NCBI GenBank assembly: GCA_964291275.2
Contig: OZ219799.1
Coordinates: forward strand, 2,585,145-2,649,144
Length of the DNA stretch: 64,000 nucleotides
Reading direction: 5' to 3'
Source of the DNA: Rhodothermales bacterium
GTDB lineage: Bacteria; Bacteroidota; Rhodothermia; Rhodothermales; Bin80
A program made the translations under genes and the position numbers. Shown piece after piece: positions 1 to 9,378 of the stretch. Positions within the stretch are counted from its first letter, which is position 1. Every line of letters starts with the position of its first letter. The notes beneath the pieces were generated by a model. The model ran no database searches and was not told the origin of the DNA. It saw only the letters and a list, made by a program, of their open reading frames with translations.

Positions 1-900
1 GGCCAAGATCCCGTACAGACAAGCCGTGATGTAATCATACCGGACTATGATCAGCAGGAAAGCTGAGCACTTTCAGACATAACACTGGCTTCCAGGATTA
101 CTCCTTCGGAGGATAGAGAGGATCCATTCTATAAGAATGGGTTCCATATAAGCCCAAATGCCAGCCAGTTGTACGGCGAGGGAGCCGCCAGGCTCTTCTA
201 TTACGCTGAGGCTTACAATACTGCATGCGCAGCTTCGGATACGGACGAATATACCATGCTCATATATGTTTCCAATGAGAACAGGCCGGGGCCCATCACA
301 GGCCTGCAGAAGCGCTCTAAACGGGCGGTGCGTCTAACTGATGTTCTCGTCGGCACGTTTAATTTGTCTGATCTTGTTTCTGGGATATACTCTCTGCACA
401 TGGTAATCCTTGACAAAGCCAATGAGTCCAAGGTTGAACAAACCCGCAAGTTCTCTGTCTTAAATCTTGTTGCGGATCCGACATGGGTACAGTCTGCTAT
501 TGCCCTGGGAATATTCGAGGCAAGTGGCAATCCAACTATGCCGGAGGACGGGATAGAGCAGGGGCGGGTACGGATCAGGCACGTAGAAGATCTTCCAGTT
601 TTCGTACTCGTTGAGGAGCGGCCGGAACTCATTGGAGGTATCCGTGCACTGAGAGGAAAGGCGAGATATCCGGAAAGTGCACGCCAAGCCGGGATTACAG
701 GGTGGGTGACTGTGCAATTCACGGTAGACGAGGAGGGTAATGCTCGCGATGCCGTAATCCTTGAAGGCATCGGAGGTGGATGCGACGAGGAAGCCATCCG
801 GGTTATTACTGAACATGCAAAATTCAAGCCGGGGATCAGTCAGGGGAGCGCGGTTCCGTTCAGAATGTCAATGCGGATTGGATTCGGTACGCGTCGGTGA
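1..900 (+). pseudogene. TonB C-terminal-domain secreted protein, paralog copy 1 (5' end outside window; in-frame TGA at 64-66)
   Basis: Frame 1 is open from base 1 and aligns codon-for-codon with the intact paralog at 3354..4697 (GQDPVQ, LSDITLASRITPSEDREDPFYKNG, AEAYNTACAASDTDEYT, VIRVITEHAKFKPGI). TGA at 64-66 replaces TGC (Cys) of the paralog. The C-terminal ~80 aa show the TonB_C pattern (PELIGG..YPE.AR.AGI.G.V.V.FTVDE.G). Confidence 0.6.
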
Positions 901-1106
901 CGTCTGCTTCTTTAGTGATCTTCTTCTCCTCGTTTCAAGGCGTCTGGGATTTGTAATCCTGCTTGACACGCGTACAGCAGGCGGGAACACAAGTGTGGTT
1001 GGTTCGTGAGTATTCTTTGGAACGAGAGAGTTCATGAATGGGGATGCGTCAAATTTAGTGGGGGTTCGGGGGAGTAACGATAATGACTTAACCCGATCCT
1101 TCCTTG

Positions 1107-2084
1107 ATGAACCCAGAATCTTCTTTTCCTTTCTCTCCACCAATTCAGGAGCCTGTTCAGGATCTGCAGGTTGAATTGGTTCGGCATTATGTGGATGTAC
1201 TTCGCATGCTGACCGATCGGATTTCCTCCGTACCTGCGGCACCTGATCCTGCGGCGCCTGATCCTGTGGTATCAGCTCCTGAGGAGTCGGCGGCGGTCCC
1301 GGGGGCTCCTGCGCCGACTTTATGCTGGGAATCTGCGGTATCTGTGCTGGCGTGCCGTGACTGGCATACGGAGTCTCTGGTCCATTTGTGGCTTCGGCCC
1401 TCGTATGTGATGGGGCTGCATGTATTGTTTGGAATCGGGGTGAGTCTGCGGGGGCATCGTCGGATCGTGACTGTGACCGAATGCGGCCCCCAGGATCAGT
1501 CCGGTATGGAGGCGGTGCTGGACGATTTGAGCGTTCGTGGATTGGGTTCGGGGATGCTGTTGACGCTTCCTGGCAATGTCGCACTCCACGCGGCGGTGTC
1601 CCGCGTATGGGGAGGCCGCGTGTGGGTGCAGCGATGTCTGAATACGGTCATGGCCGAAGCGCTGAGCGGACTGGATCCCGATGAGGCGCTGCGGTTTCGT
1701 CACCGCCTACGACAGGCATGGCAACAGTGCGATGCGTCCCAGGCTCGGACAGATCTTCAGCAGATCACAGCAGCGTTGACCCAGGTGAATCGCTCCTCTG
1801 GAAGCGTGCTTGCGCATGCGCTGGAATCAACGCTCACCTTGCAACGTACCGGACGATTGCTCCATAGTGACCGGGGACTGCGCGTGCTGAATTCACTCAG
1901 GACACTCTTGGCTCGTGCAGGACGCAGACTGACGGCTACGCCGGTCCACCAGCGCGAGATGCACCTGTGCGCGGCACTGTTGGAACTTGAACCCCGACTG
2001 CGTCGGGTGCGACATGCGACGTATCTTCCGCAGTTGCATGCTGCACTGAAAACGTCTCTTCCTTCTAAACCATCGAACGCATGA
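1107..2084 (+). CDS. Degenerate IS256-like transposase paralog (C-terminal two thirds only, DDE residues replaced); possibly a pseudogene or passenger
   Basis: It aligns by eye to the neighbouring transposase: LFGIGVSLRGHRRIV vs LLVVGLTGQGQKII, LLTLPGNVALHAAV vs LVLLDGSKGLRKGV, VWVQRCLNTVM vs ALIQRCQWHKRE, ESTLTLQRTG vs ETLTLHKLG, LRVLNSLRTLL vs LRTTNIIESIN. The positions of the three catalytic residues read R/P, P and R. The N-terminal ~90 aa are proline-rich and unrelated. The segment looks more GC-rich than its surroundings. Confidence 0.4.
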   Translation: MNPESSFPFSPPIQEPVQDLQVELVRHYVDVLRMLTDRISSVPAAPDPAAPDPVVSAPEESAAVPGAPAPTLCWESAVSVLACRDWHTESLVHLWLRPSYVMGLHVLFGIGVSLRGHRRIVTVTECGPQDQSGMEAVLDDLSVRGLGSGMLLTLPGNVALHAAVSRVWGGRVWVQRCLNTVMAEALSGLDPDEALRFRHRLRQAWQQCDASQARTDLQQITAALTQVNRSSGSVLAHALESTLTLQRTGRLLHSDRGLRVLNSLRTLLARAGRRLTATPVHQREMHLCAALLELEPRLRRVRHATYLPQLHAALKTSLPSKPSNA

Positions 2085-2175
2085 TTGCATTATCTTCTCT
2101 CTTTCCTTCCGCCGTTTTCCAACCGTTTTTGGCCAGGAATGCGGCCAAACTGGCTCGGTTGTTTCGTAGCCCGGA

Positions 2176-3336
2176 TTGGTTCCGCTCTTGTTTCAGGCCG
2201 AAGTGAGCGAGCTTTGCGGAATTCGCTGGAAACATACCCCGACGAAGTGCCAGCGTTGGGGAACCAATTCCGGTTCAATTCGCTGGAACGGGGCGAAGGT
2301 GCCCGTTGAGGTCCCCCGGGTTCGTAACACCGAAACGAATCAGGAAGTGCCGCTGGAGACGTACAAACTGCTGCACCAGGCCGAACCCGGCTATGAACAG
2401 GAACTGGCACGCAGTGTGCTACTTGGACTCTCTCAACGCAAGTATGGGCAAGTGGCGCAACACCTGTCAGAGAGTTTTGGTCTCAGCGGCTCCACCACCG
2501 GACGCGTGTTTATCAACGAGACGGCCAAAGCACTGGAGACGTTCATGAGCCGGCGGTTTGATGAGACGGAGTTTGTCGCCATTCTCATTGACGGGAAGAC
2601 CTTGCGGAGTGAACAGATTCTTTTAGTCGTGGGATTGACGGGACAAGGACAGAAGATCATCCTCGGGTTCATGGAGGTCAAAACCGAAGCCCATCCGTGT
2701 GTGGTTGCCTTACTGCAGAATTTGCAGGCACGCGGCTTCCAGGTTACGGGCCCATTGCTGGTGCTGCTGGATGGCTCCAAAGGATTGCGCAAAGGCGTAC
2801 GAGAGGTCTTTGGAGATCGGGCGCTGATTCAGCGATGTCAGTGGCACAAACGCGAAAATGTCGTCTCCAAGATCCAGGATACCGACTTTGCTGAGCAGGT
2901 CAAGAAACAACTGGAAGCCGCCTATGCAACGCGTACGTATGCAGAAGCAAAAAAACGACTGACGACCTTGATTCAATCCTTGGAATCCCGCTGCCCAAAA
3001 GCAGCGGCCAGCTTAAAAGAGGGACTTGAGGAAACCCTCACCCTTCACAAACTGGGGCTCCCCAAGTCGCTACGCGATCGGCTTCGAACCACGAACATCA
3101 TTGAGAGCATCAATAGCAGACTGGCACATACAACGCGCAGAATCACGCGATGGAGTAACTCGGACCAACGCCAACGATGGATTGCTGCCGCGTGCCTTGA
3201 CATTGAACAACGATCCCTGAACCCCATCCCGCAAGATTGGCAGTGGGAAACTTTGCTACGGGGACTGGAACGACACGACCGAACCAAACATCAGTACACC
3301 GGTAGACTCTCACAACTTCCCCTAAACCCCCACTAA
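2176..3336 (+). CDS. IS256 family (Mutator-type) transposase
   Basis: Motifs seen: LFQAEVSELCG, VPRVRN, ILIDGKTL, LVLLDGSKGL, QRCQWHKRENV, TTNIIESINSRL. The annotated start is TTG directly after an in-frame TAG, so the true N-terminus may be truncated. Confidence 0.85.
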   Translation: MVPLLFQAEVSELCGIRWKHTPTKCQRWGTNSGSIRWNGAKVPVEVPRVRNTETNQEVPLETYKLLHQAEPGYEQELARSVLLGLSQRKYGQVAQHLSESFGLSGSTTGRVFINETAKALETFMSRRFDETEFVAILIDGKTLRSEQILLVVGLTGQGQKIILGFMEVKTEAHPCVVALLQNLQARGFQVTGPLLVLLDGSKGLRKGVREVFGDRALIQRCQWHKRENVVSKIQDTDFAEQVKKQLEAAYATRTYAEAKKRLTTLIQSLESRCPKAAASLKEGLEETLTLHKLGLPKSLRDRLRTTNIIESINSRLAHTTRRITRWSNSDQRQRWIAAACLDIEQRSLNPIPQDWQWETLLRGLERHDRTKHQYTGRLSQLPLNPH

Positions 3337-3353
3337 ATTTGGGGCATCCCCTC

Positions 3354-4697
3354 ATGAATAGAACATGTTATTTGATAAGCCTCCTTGGGTTGCTGCTTTT
3401 TGCAGCCAGCAGTACAGCTCAACAGGCTCCACGGATCGATATCGATTACGCTTCATTCGCTTATGACGAACAGGAGTCACTGGTTGAACTTTATATGGCT
3501 ATCGAAGCGAGTTCGCTTACTTATGAAGCCAGTGATTCTCTTTTCACCTCTACTATTCCACTCGAGCTAATCTTGCATAGCTCCTCCGACGCGGATTTGG
3601 ATGTATCTGCGGAACGCGTTGTTTGGGAGCAGCAGATGGATCTGCAGTTTGCTGTGATCGATTCGTCTGTGATTACAGAAGGGCAGGTGTTTTTGCGTCA
3701 AGTCCGGCTAACTGTCGTGCCCGGTGAGTACGAATTACAAGTAGTCATGCCCCCTTTGGGCCAAGATCCAGTACAAGCAAACCGTGATGTAATCATACCA
3801 GACTATGGTCGGAAGGAAAGCTGCGCGCTTTCAGACATAACACTGGCTTCCAGGATTACTCCTTCGGAGGATAGAGAGGATCCATTCTACAAGAATGGGC
3901 TCCACATACGCCCAAATGCCAGCCAACTGTACGGTGAAGGAGCTGCTAACCTCTTCTATTATGCTGAGGCCTACAATACTGCATGTGCAGCTTCGGATAC
4001 AGACGAGTATACTACGCTTATATACATTTCCAAATTGAACAAATCGGAGCCCATCCTGGGGTTACAGAAGCACTCGAAACGAGCAGTGCGTCCAACGGAT
4101 GTTCTTGTCGGTACGTTTGATTTGTCTGATCTTGTTTCTGGCCTGTACATTCTGCACATGGAAATCCGTGATAAGACCAATGAATCCAAGGTTGAACAGA
4201 CTCGCAAGTTCTCTGTCCTAAATCCTGTTGCAGATTCGACATGGATGCGGGCTGTTTTTACCATGGATATATTCGACCCAAGCGGTTATGCAATTATGGA
4301 GGACGAGAGAGAGCAGGGGGAGATACAGATCAGACCTGTAGAAGATCTTGCAGCCCTCCGGATGTTTGATGAGCCGCCGGAGCTCATTGGAGGTCTTGGT
4401 GTGTTGCAAGGTAAAGTAAGGTATCCGGAAGCCGCAAGACGAGCAGGGATTCAAGGGCGGGTGATTGTACACTTCACGGTAGACGAGAAGGGTGATGTTC
4501 GTGATGCCATAGTTCATCAAAACATGGGAGGTGGATTGGACGAAGAAGTCATCCGGGTTATTACAGAGCATGCAAAATTCAAGCCAGGCATCTATCAAGG
4601 AAACAAAGTTTCTGTGAGAATGGCGATGCCAGTTATATTCGGGTTGAGGAGGGGTTTGGGATACCCGGATTTTCCTGCACTCTTCAGAGCAAATTAA
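3354..4697 (+). CDS. TonB C-terminal-domain secreted protein, paralog copy 2 (intact)
   Basis: ATG at 3354 is followed by a signal peptide (MNRTCYLISLLGLLLFAASSTAQQ). TonB_C motifs are present at the C-terminus (PELIGGLGVLQGKVRYPEAARRAGIQGRVIVHFTVDEKG). Confidence 0.8.
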   Translation: MNRTCYLISLLGLLLFAASSTAQQAPRIDIDYASFAYDEQESLVELYMAIEASSLTYEASDSLFTSTIPLELILHSSSDADLDVSAERVVWEQQMDLQFAVIDSSVITEGQVFLRQVRLTVVPGEYELQVVMPPLGQDPVQANRDVIIPDYGRKESCALSDITLASRITPSEDREDPFYKNGLHIRPNASQLYGEGAANLFYYAEAYNTACAASDTDEYTTLIYISKLNKSEPILGLQKHSKRAVRPTDVLVGTFDLSDLVSGLYILHMEIRDKTNESKVEQTRKFSVLNPVADSTWMRAVFTMDIFDPSGYAIMEDEREQGEIQIRPVEDLAALRMFDEPPELIGGLGVLQGKVRYPEAARRAGIQGRVIVHFTVDEKGDVRDAIVHQNMGGGLDEEVIRVITEHAKFKPGIYQGNKVSVRMAMPVIFGLRRGLGYPDFPALFRAN

Positions 4698-5052
4698 GAG
4701 ATCCCAGATGGCAATAAACACAGTTTTAGAACTTCTCAGTTGAAGCACAATCAGGAATTTCCATCTCAGTGCTTTCACGAGAACGAAGGACGTTTCTCAA
4801 TGCCTCGGCTTCCTTCGCATCTACACTGAGTCCGTACTTACGTTTGACCTCAATGATCCGATTGACAAACCAACACTGGTTGTGTTCGGGTAACCATTCA
4901 GCCGCATCTTTCGCGATCTTTTCCCAACGATTTAACGCAGGAGCCGCGTGCGTAAGATTTAGAAAATCACACGCGAATTCTATTCTATCGGTTCTACCGC
5001 AATTATTGTGGAATAATTAATTTTGGGTTCCACTAAAATATAGCGTACTTCA

Positions 5053-6129
5053 ATGGAATCTTATCTGGATTTGACACGACTCACCTAGGACTGGGGGACG
5101 ACTGGAAGATTGACAGGGTGCTACTGGATGAGCAGAAACAGCGGGTAGACATTTACATTTCGCACTTGGGGGGTGCGTTGGTTTGCCCTGAGACGGGGGA
5201 GACCGGGACGCTCTATGATCATCGAAAAGAGCGGACATGGCGACACTTGGACTGCTACGAATTCAAGTGTTTTGTCCATTGTCGGGTTCCCCGGATAGAT
5301 GTGAGTGTGCGGACGATTAAGGCGCCCTGGGCGAGTGCTTCGAATCGGTATACGGATGCGTTTGAGCTGTGGACGATTAATTTATTGCAGGCGACGAAGA
5401 ACCAGACGAAGACGGCGAAGCTACTTTGCAGTAAGTTTGACACGGTCAATCGGATCCTTCACCGCAGTGTAGCGCGTGGGATGAAGCGGAGGTTGCTGGA
5501 CGCTGGACGCGATTGCGCGTGTGAGCATAGATGAGAAGGCCTTTCAGCGTGGGCATTCCTACGCAACTATTGTTAGTGATTCGGCGCGTGGCGTGGTCAT
5601 TGATATCGGGGAGAGCCGGGACAAAGTTAGCACAAAAATGCTGTTAAATCGTCTTCTGGCCGCGAAAAAGGGGGCGGTCACGACGATTACGACGGATATG
5701 TGGAAGGTCTACATTCCACGGTGCAGGAGTTATTCCCCAAGGCCAGTCTGATCCACGATCGCTTTCATTTGATCCGGTACCTCAACAAAAGGATTGATCA
5801 GGTTCGCCGCAGAGTGGTGAAGCAGCATAAGGAACTCAAATACAGTCGCTATGCACTCTTGAAAAACGAACAGAACCGAACGCAAAAGCAAGATGAAATT
5901 TTCAAAGTCATCCAGGAGGCCAATTTGCAGGTCAGCATTGCCTGTCGGTTGCGAGAGGAGTTCAAGGCGATCTTTGGATGTAAAACATTGTCCGATACAA
6001 AGCAGTACTTCCAACGATGGTTTAAAAGTGTAAAAGAATCGGCCGTGAAGGAGATCATGAAAGTAGCCGAGATGTTTGAACGACATCTCACAGGCGTGTG
6101 TAATGCACTTTGTCATGAACAATCCAATG
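5053..6129 (+). pseudogene. ISL3-type A transposase, 5' exon part, three frameshifts
   Basis: ISL3 motifs (LVCPETGETGTLYDHRKERTWRHLD, IDEKAFQRGHSYATIVSD, ITTDMWKVY, HDRFHLIRYLN) are spread over four frame segments (5053-, 5118-5534, 5521-5751, 5700-6129). The ORF is broken at 6129/6130 by the intron. Confidence 0.8.
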
Positions 6130-6642
6130 GTGTGCCACGAAAATGCATGGAGGTAAGTCAATGACGTAGCTAAAATGTATTGAACTGTGCAAGGGATGGA
6201 GGAAGGCCCTCCACAACCGCTGTACAGGCGGGGGTTGTAAACCACCCACATCTGCGGCATTTAAGAGGTGTCGTGGTGAGCGAGTTGGGAAAAGGTAGGC
6301 GTAGGAACCTATCAGGTATGAATCGCAGAGTCGAATGCAAATGAACCATTGATGATGTGTCGAAAAGTTTTAGATGATGGTCAAAACCGGGGTAGCGTTG
6401 GAATCCCGGGACGAGGTTAGCGGGAGCCTGTTTACTGGCCAACTGGCCTCCGGCATAGAGATGGCGAGACTGCGATTTGGGCCCATGTACGGAACGTGGG
6501 AACGTGTCGGGGTGATGCAAAGGGAGCGTGGCAAGCAGGCAGTACCTGTAAGCCATTGAGTACCGAGGCACTCCACACGGGCGGATCACTCCGTAGTAGT
6601 GATGAAATTCTTGTAATGGGGATGGAGCGAAGGGGGTGAACC

Positions 6643-8004
6643 ATGCAGCAAGGAGCGAGGAAGCAACCGAGAGGGAGGACTTCGGCGCAACAAGCAAAGC
6701 CGTTTCCAGTAACCAAGCGCCAAGTTTGGGACGCGTGGAAGCGAGTGAAGGCAAACCAGGGAGGGGCAGGGATTGATGAGCAGTCTATTGCGGACTTCGA
6801 GGAGAATCTTGCGGATAATCTCTACAAGATTTGGAATCGGATGGCATCGGGCAGTTATTATCCGAAGCCGGTCCGCCGCGTGAACATTCCGAAGCCGGGC
6901 GGAGGTATTCGTCCCTTAGGAATACCCACGGTGGCAGATCGGGTGGCCCAGATGGTGGTTAAACAGGCCTTGGAGCTGGTACTGGAACGCGAGTTCCACC
7001 CGGATTCCTATGGATACCGGCCGAACAAGTCGGCTCATGATGCGCTGCGTCAGACGCGAATGCGATGCTGGAAGTGGGCATGGGTACTGGACATGGATAT
7101 CAAGTTGTATTTTGACACGATAGATCATGCCCTATTGATGAAAGCGGTCCGGCGTCATACGGATCAGAAGTGGGTGCTTTTGTACATAGAGCGCTGGCTG
7201 ACGGCACCGGTGATTCATCCAGACGGGACGGAAGCGGCACGGGATGTAGGAACCCCGCAGGGCGGGGTCATCAGTCCACTGTTGGCCAATCTGTTTCTGC
7301 ACTATTCGTTTGATAAATGGATGGAGCGGAATTATCCGCAGATTCCATTTGAGCGGTATGCAGATGATATTGTGTGCCACTGCACGAGTGAGGCACAGGC
7401 CCGCGAACTTTGGCAAGTGCTCAAGGGACGTTTTACGGCCTGTAACTTAATGTTACACCCGGAGAAGACCCGGATTGTATATTGCAAAGCAACGGGTTGT
7501 GAAGGCACGTATGCGGACGTATCCTTTGATTTCTTGGGCTACACGTTTCGACCTCGAAAGACAAAGGGTCGAGGAGGCAAGATCTTTCTTGGGTTCAATC
7601 CGGCGATCAGCCGGAAGGCGGCGAAAGCCATACGGGAGACCATACACAGTTGGGGGTTGGCTCGCATGAGTCCACTCTCAATGGAACAAATCGCGGGTAG
7701 GATCAATGCGGTGGTACGTGGATGGATTACCTACTATGGTGCATTCTTCAAATCAGAACTGAGCAAGGTTCTGCTTAGCATTGACGAACATCTTATCCGG
7801 TGGATGATGCGGAAGTATAAGCGCTTCCGTGGACATTGGAGGAGGTCATGGCGATGGGTAAGGAAGATTGCACGTCAAAATTCGGGTCTATTCGTGCATT
7901 GGACGTTTCTTTATGGTTCACCTTTGTTCAATTCCAAACGACTGCATGGTAAGAGATTTTATAGCAGGACTCCTTACTGGTTGAGCTCCATGAGCTTGTA
8001 TTAA
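6643..8004 (+). CDS. Group II intron reverse transcriptase/maturase
   Basis: RT motifs seen: GGIRPLGIPTVADRVAQ, LDMDIKLYFDTIDH, GTPQGGVISPLLANLFL, YADDIVCHC. A maturase X-like region follows (RGWITYYG). No endonuclease domain is present. The last ~20-30 aa may be altered by the IS110 insertion. Confidence 0.9.
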   Translation: MQQGARKQPRGRTSAQQAKPFPVTKRQVWDAWKRVKANQGGAGIDEQSIADFEENLADNLYKIWNRMASGSYYPKPVRRVNIPKPGGGIRPLGIPTVADRVAQMVVKQALELVLEREFHPDSYGYRPNKSAHDALRQTRMRCWKWAWVLDMDIKLYFDTIDHALLMKAVRRHTDQKWVLLYIERWLTAPVIHPDGTEAARDVGTPQGGVISPLLANLFLHYSFDKWMERNYPQIPFERYADDIVCHCTSEAQARELWQVLKGRFTACNLMLHPEKTRIVYCKATGCEGTYADVSFDFLGYTFRPRKTKGRGGKIFLGFNPAISRKAAKAIRETIHSWGLARMSPLSMEQIAGRINAVVRGWITYYGAFFKSELSKVLLSIDEHLIRWMMRKYKRFRGHWRRSWRWVRKIARQNSGLFVHWTFLYGSPLFNSKRLHGKRFYSRTPYWLSSMSLY

Positions 8005-8031
8005 CTTTGTCCATTAACCAGAAACAGTCCA

Positions 8032-9174
8032 ATGCTACCTCACATCAACTCTTCCACTTCTGCATCCACGATCTCTGTCGGTATGGATGTGCATAAAAGG
8101 ACCATTGCGTTGTGTGCTTACAATGCGCGTACAGGCGTGATTTTGGATGAGCGGGGATTGCCGCATGATCTGCCGAAGGTCACTAAATATCTCCGGAAGG
8201 TCCAAGATCGTCATGGTCAGGTACGCTCTTGCTATGAAGCGTCTTCCTGTGGATTTGGCTTGCAACGCGCGTTACAGGCCCGCGGGATCTCGTGTGAAGT
8301 AATTGCGCCCTCGTCCATTCCGCGTCGTCCAGGCGAGCGCGTCAAAACGGATCGTCGAGATGCCAAAAAGTTGGCAACGCTGTACGCTGCTGGATTGCTG
8401 ACGATTGTTTGTATTCCAGATGAGGAACAGGAGGCCATCCGGTCCTTGTTGCGTTGTCGGGGAGATCTGGCAGAAACGATCACCCGGACCAAGCAGCGGA
8501 TTCTGACTTTCCTTCAGACACGCGGGTTGCAGTATCCAGGCAAGACCAATTGGACCAAGACCTTTCACACATGGATTGGCGCCTTACCGATGGCCGAGAT
8601 TGACCAGATCACGCTTCAAACGTATCTGCACCAATTAGATCAACTAACGCAAGAAGTACGCAGAATTGAGGGGGACTTAGCCGCGCAGGCCGAACGCGCC
8701 CCCTATCAAGCGCCCGTCAAGGTCTTGATGGCATTCCGAGGGATTGGTTTGGTGACGGCGTTGACCCTGGTCTTCGAGTTGGGAGATCTCCGTCGTTTTG
8801 CACATCCACGTCAGTTGATGGCATATCTGGGCCTGGTGCCAAGCGAGCACAGTTCAGGCAATCACACGCAACGGGGAGGCCTCACCAAAACTGGAAATGT
8901 CCATGTGCGAAATGCGGTCATCTCCGCCGCATGGAAGTATGCAACCCCACCCCGCCGCAGTCGTGTGCTACGACAACGGCAAGAAGCGATCTCTGCTGAG
9001 GTGATCTCCGTGGCATGGAAGGCGCAGCGTCGACTGTACAAACGTTTTCACAAACTGAGTCAGACCAAAGCACGATGTGTTGCCAATGCAGCGGTCGCGC
9101 GCGAACTGGTCGGCTTTCTCTGGGAAGCACTGCGCTTGGAAAACCCTTTGATCACCACCCGTGCGAGGGTTTGA
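8032..9174 (+). CDS. IS110 family transposase (DEDD recombinase)
   Basis: Motifs seen: VGMDVHKRTIALC, CYEASSCGF, VKTDRRDAKKLA, GLVPSEHSSGNHTQRGGLTKTGNVHVRNA. Confidence 0.9.
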   Translation: MLPHINSSTSASTISVGMDVHKRTIALCAYNARTGVILDERGLPHDLPKVTKYLRKVQDRHGQVRSCYEASSCGFGLQRALQARGISCEVIAPSSIPRRPGERVKTDRRDAKKLATLYAAGLLTIVCIPDEEQEAIRSLLRCRGDLAETITRTKQRILTFLQTRGLQYPGKTNWTKTFHTWIGALPMAEIDQITLQTYLHQLDQLTQEVRRIEGDLAAQAERAPYQAPVKVLMAFRGIGLVTALTLVFELGDLRRFAHPRQLMAYLGLVPSEHSSGNHTQRGGLTKTGNVHVRNAVISAAWKYATPPRRSRVLRQRQEAISAEVISVAWKAQRRLYKRFHKLSQTKARCVANAAVARELVGFLWEALRLENPLITTRARV

Positions 9175-9183
9175 ATCATGGTT

Positions 9184-9378
9184 TATGGAGAAGCGATTGG
9201 CACGGTAGGAGGGCCCACGAACACACCTTGCGATAGCCGGCATCTTGCCGGTGAGTGCGCGTTTAGAGATTGTGGCAGCTCCGCACGAACCCGAAATCAT
9301 GCGTTACAGCCCTTTGGGGTCAAAGCACGCGAATACCAGACTGATTAACCGTCGAAGTTGCCAAGTCGCTTCTCCATA
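9184..9378 (+). ncRNA. Candidate IS110/IS1111-type bridge (seek) RNA in the 3' non-coding end of the IS
   Basis: A 19-bp closing stem with one bulge joins tatggagaagcgattggca (9184-9202) and tgccaagtcgcttctccata (9359-9378). An inner 6-bp hairpin lies at 9237-9251 (ccggca tct tgccgg). The direct repeat cacgaac occurs at 9216-9222 and 9284-9290. A T7 tract lies at 9392-9398. Only about 40 nt of non-coding sequence lie upstream of the transposase, against about 255 nt downstream. Confidence 0.35.

Larger units (their letters stand above)
1040..3351 (+). mobile_element. IS256-family element, 2.3 kb, with 27-bp terminal IRs (25/27 match) and 8-bp TSD TCATGAAT
   Basis: IRL 1040-1066 is ggggatgcgtcaaatttagtgggggtt. 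The reverse complement of 3325-3351 is ggggatgccccaaatttagtgggggtt. Direct repeats tcatgaat lie at 1032-1039 and 3352-3359. The element contains an IS256-type transposase ORF. Confidence 0.85.

Noticed and set aside
64-66. TGA at 64-66 as a selenocysteine codon, since it aligns with a Cys codon (TGC) in the paralog
   Set aside because: No hairpin specific to this copy follows the TGA. The only nearby stem (ctcc ttc ggag, about 40 nt downstream) is equally present in the Cys-containing paralog. The Cys is not in a redox motif, and the protein is a secreted TonB_C protein. A simple C->A nonsense mutation or a read error is more parsimonious. It remains checkable by looking for selA/selB/selC in the genome.
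1104-1118. 15-nt identity ttgatgaacccagaa shared by the starts of ORF 1104.. and the AbgT gene at 19165..
   Set aside because: For a 64-kb window on both strands, a few exact 15-mer coincidences are expected by chance. The similarity does not extend on either side.
868-1703. Long antisense or alternative-frame ORFs in GC-rich segments (for example 868..1584 -, 1320..1703 -, and the many + strand ORFs across 12219..14092)
   Set aside because: They overlap better-supported genes on the other strand. Their composition is low-complexity and Pro/Arg/Ala/Gly-rich, typical of spurious ORFs in GC-rich DNA, and they have no recognisable motifs.
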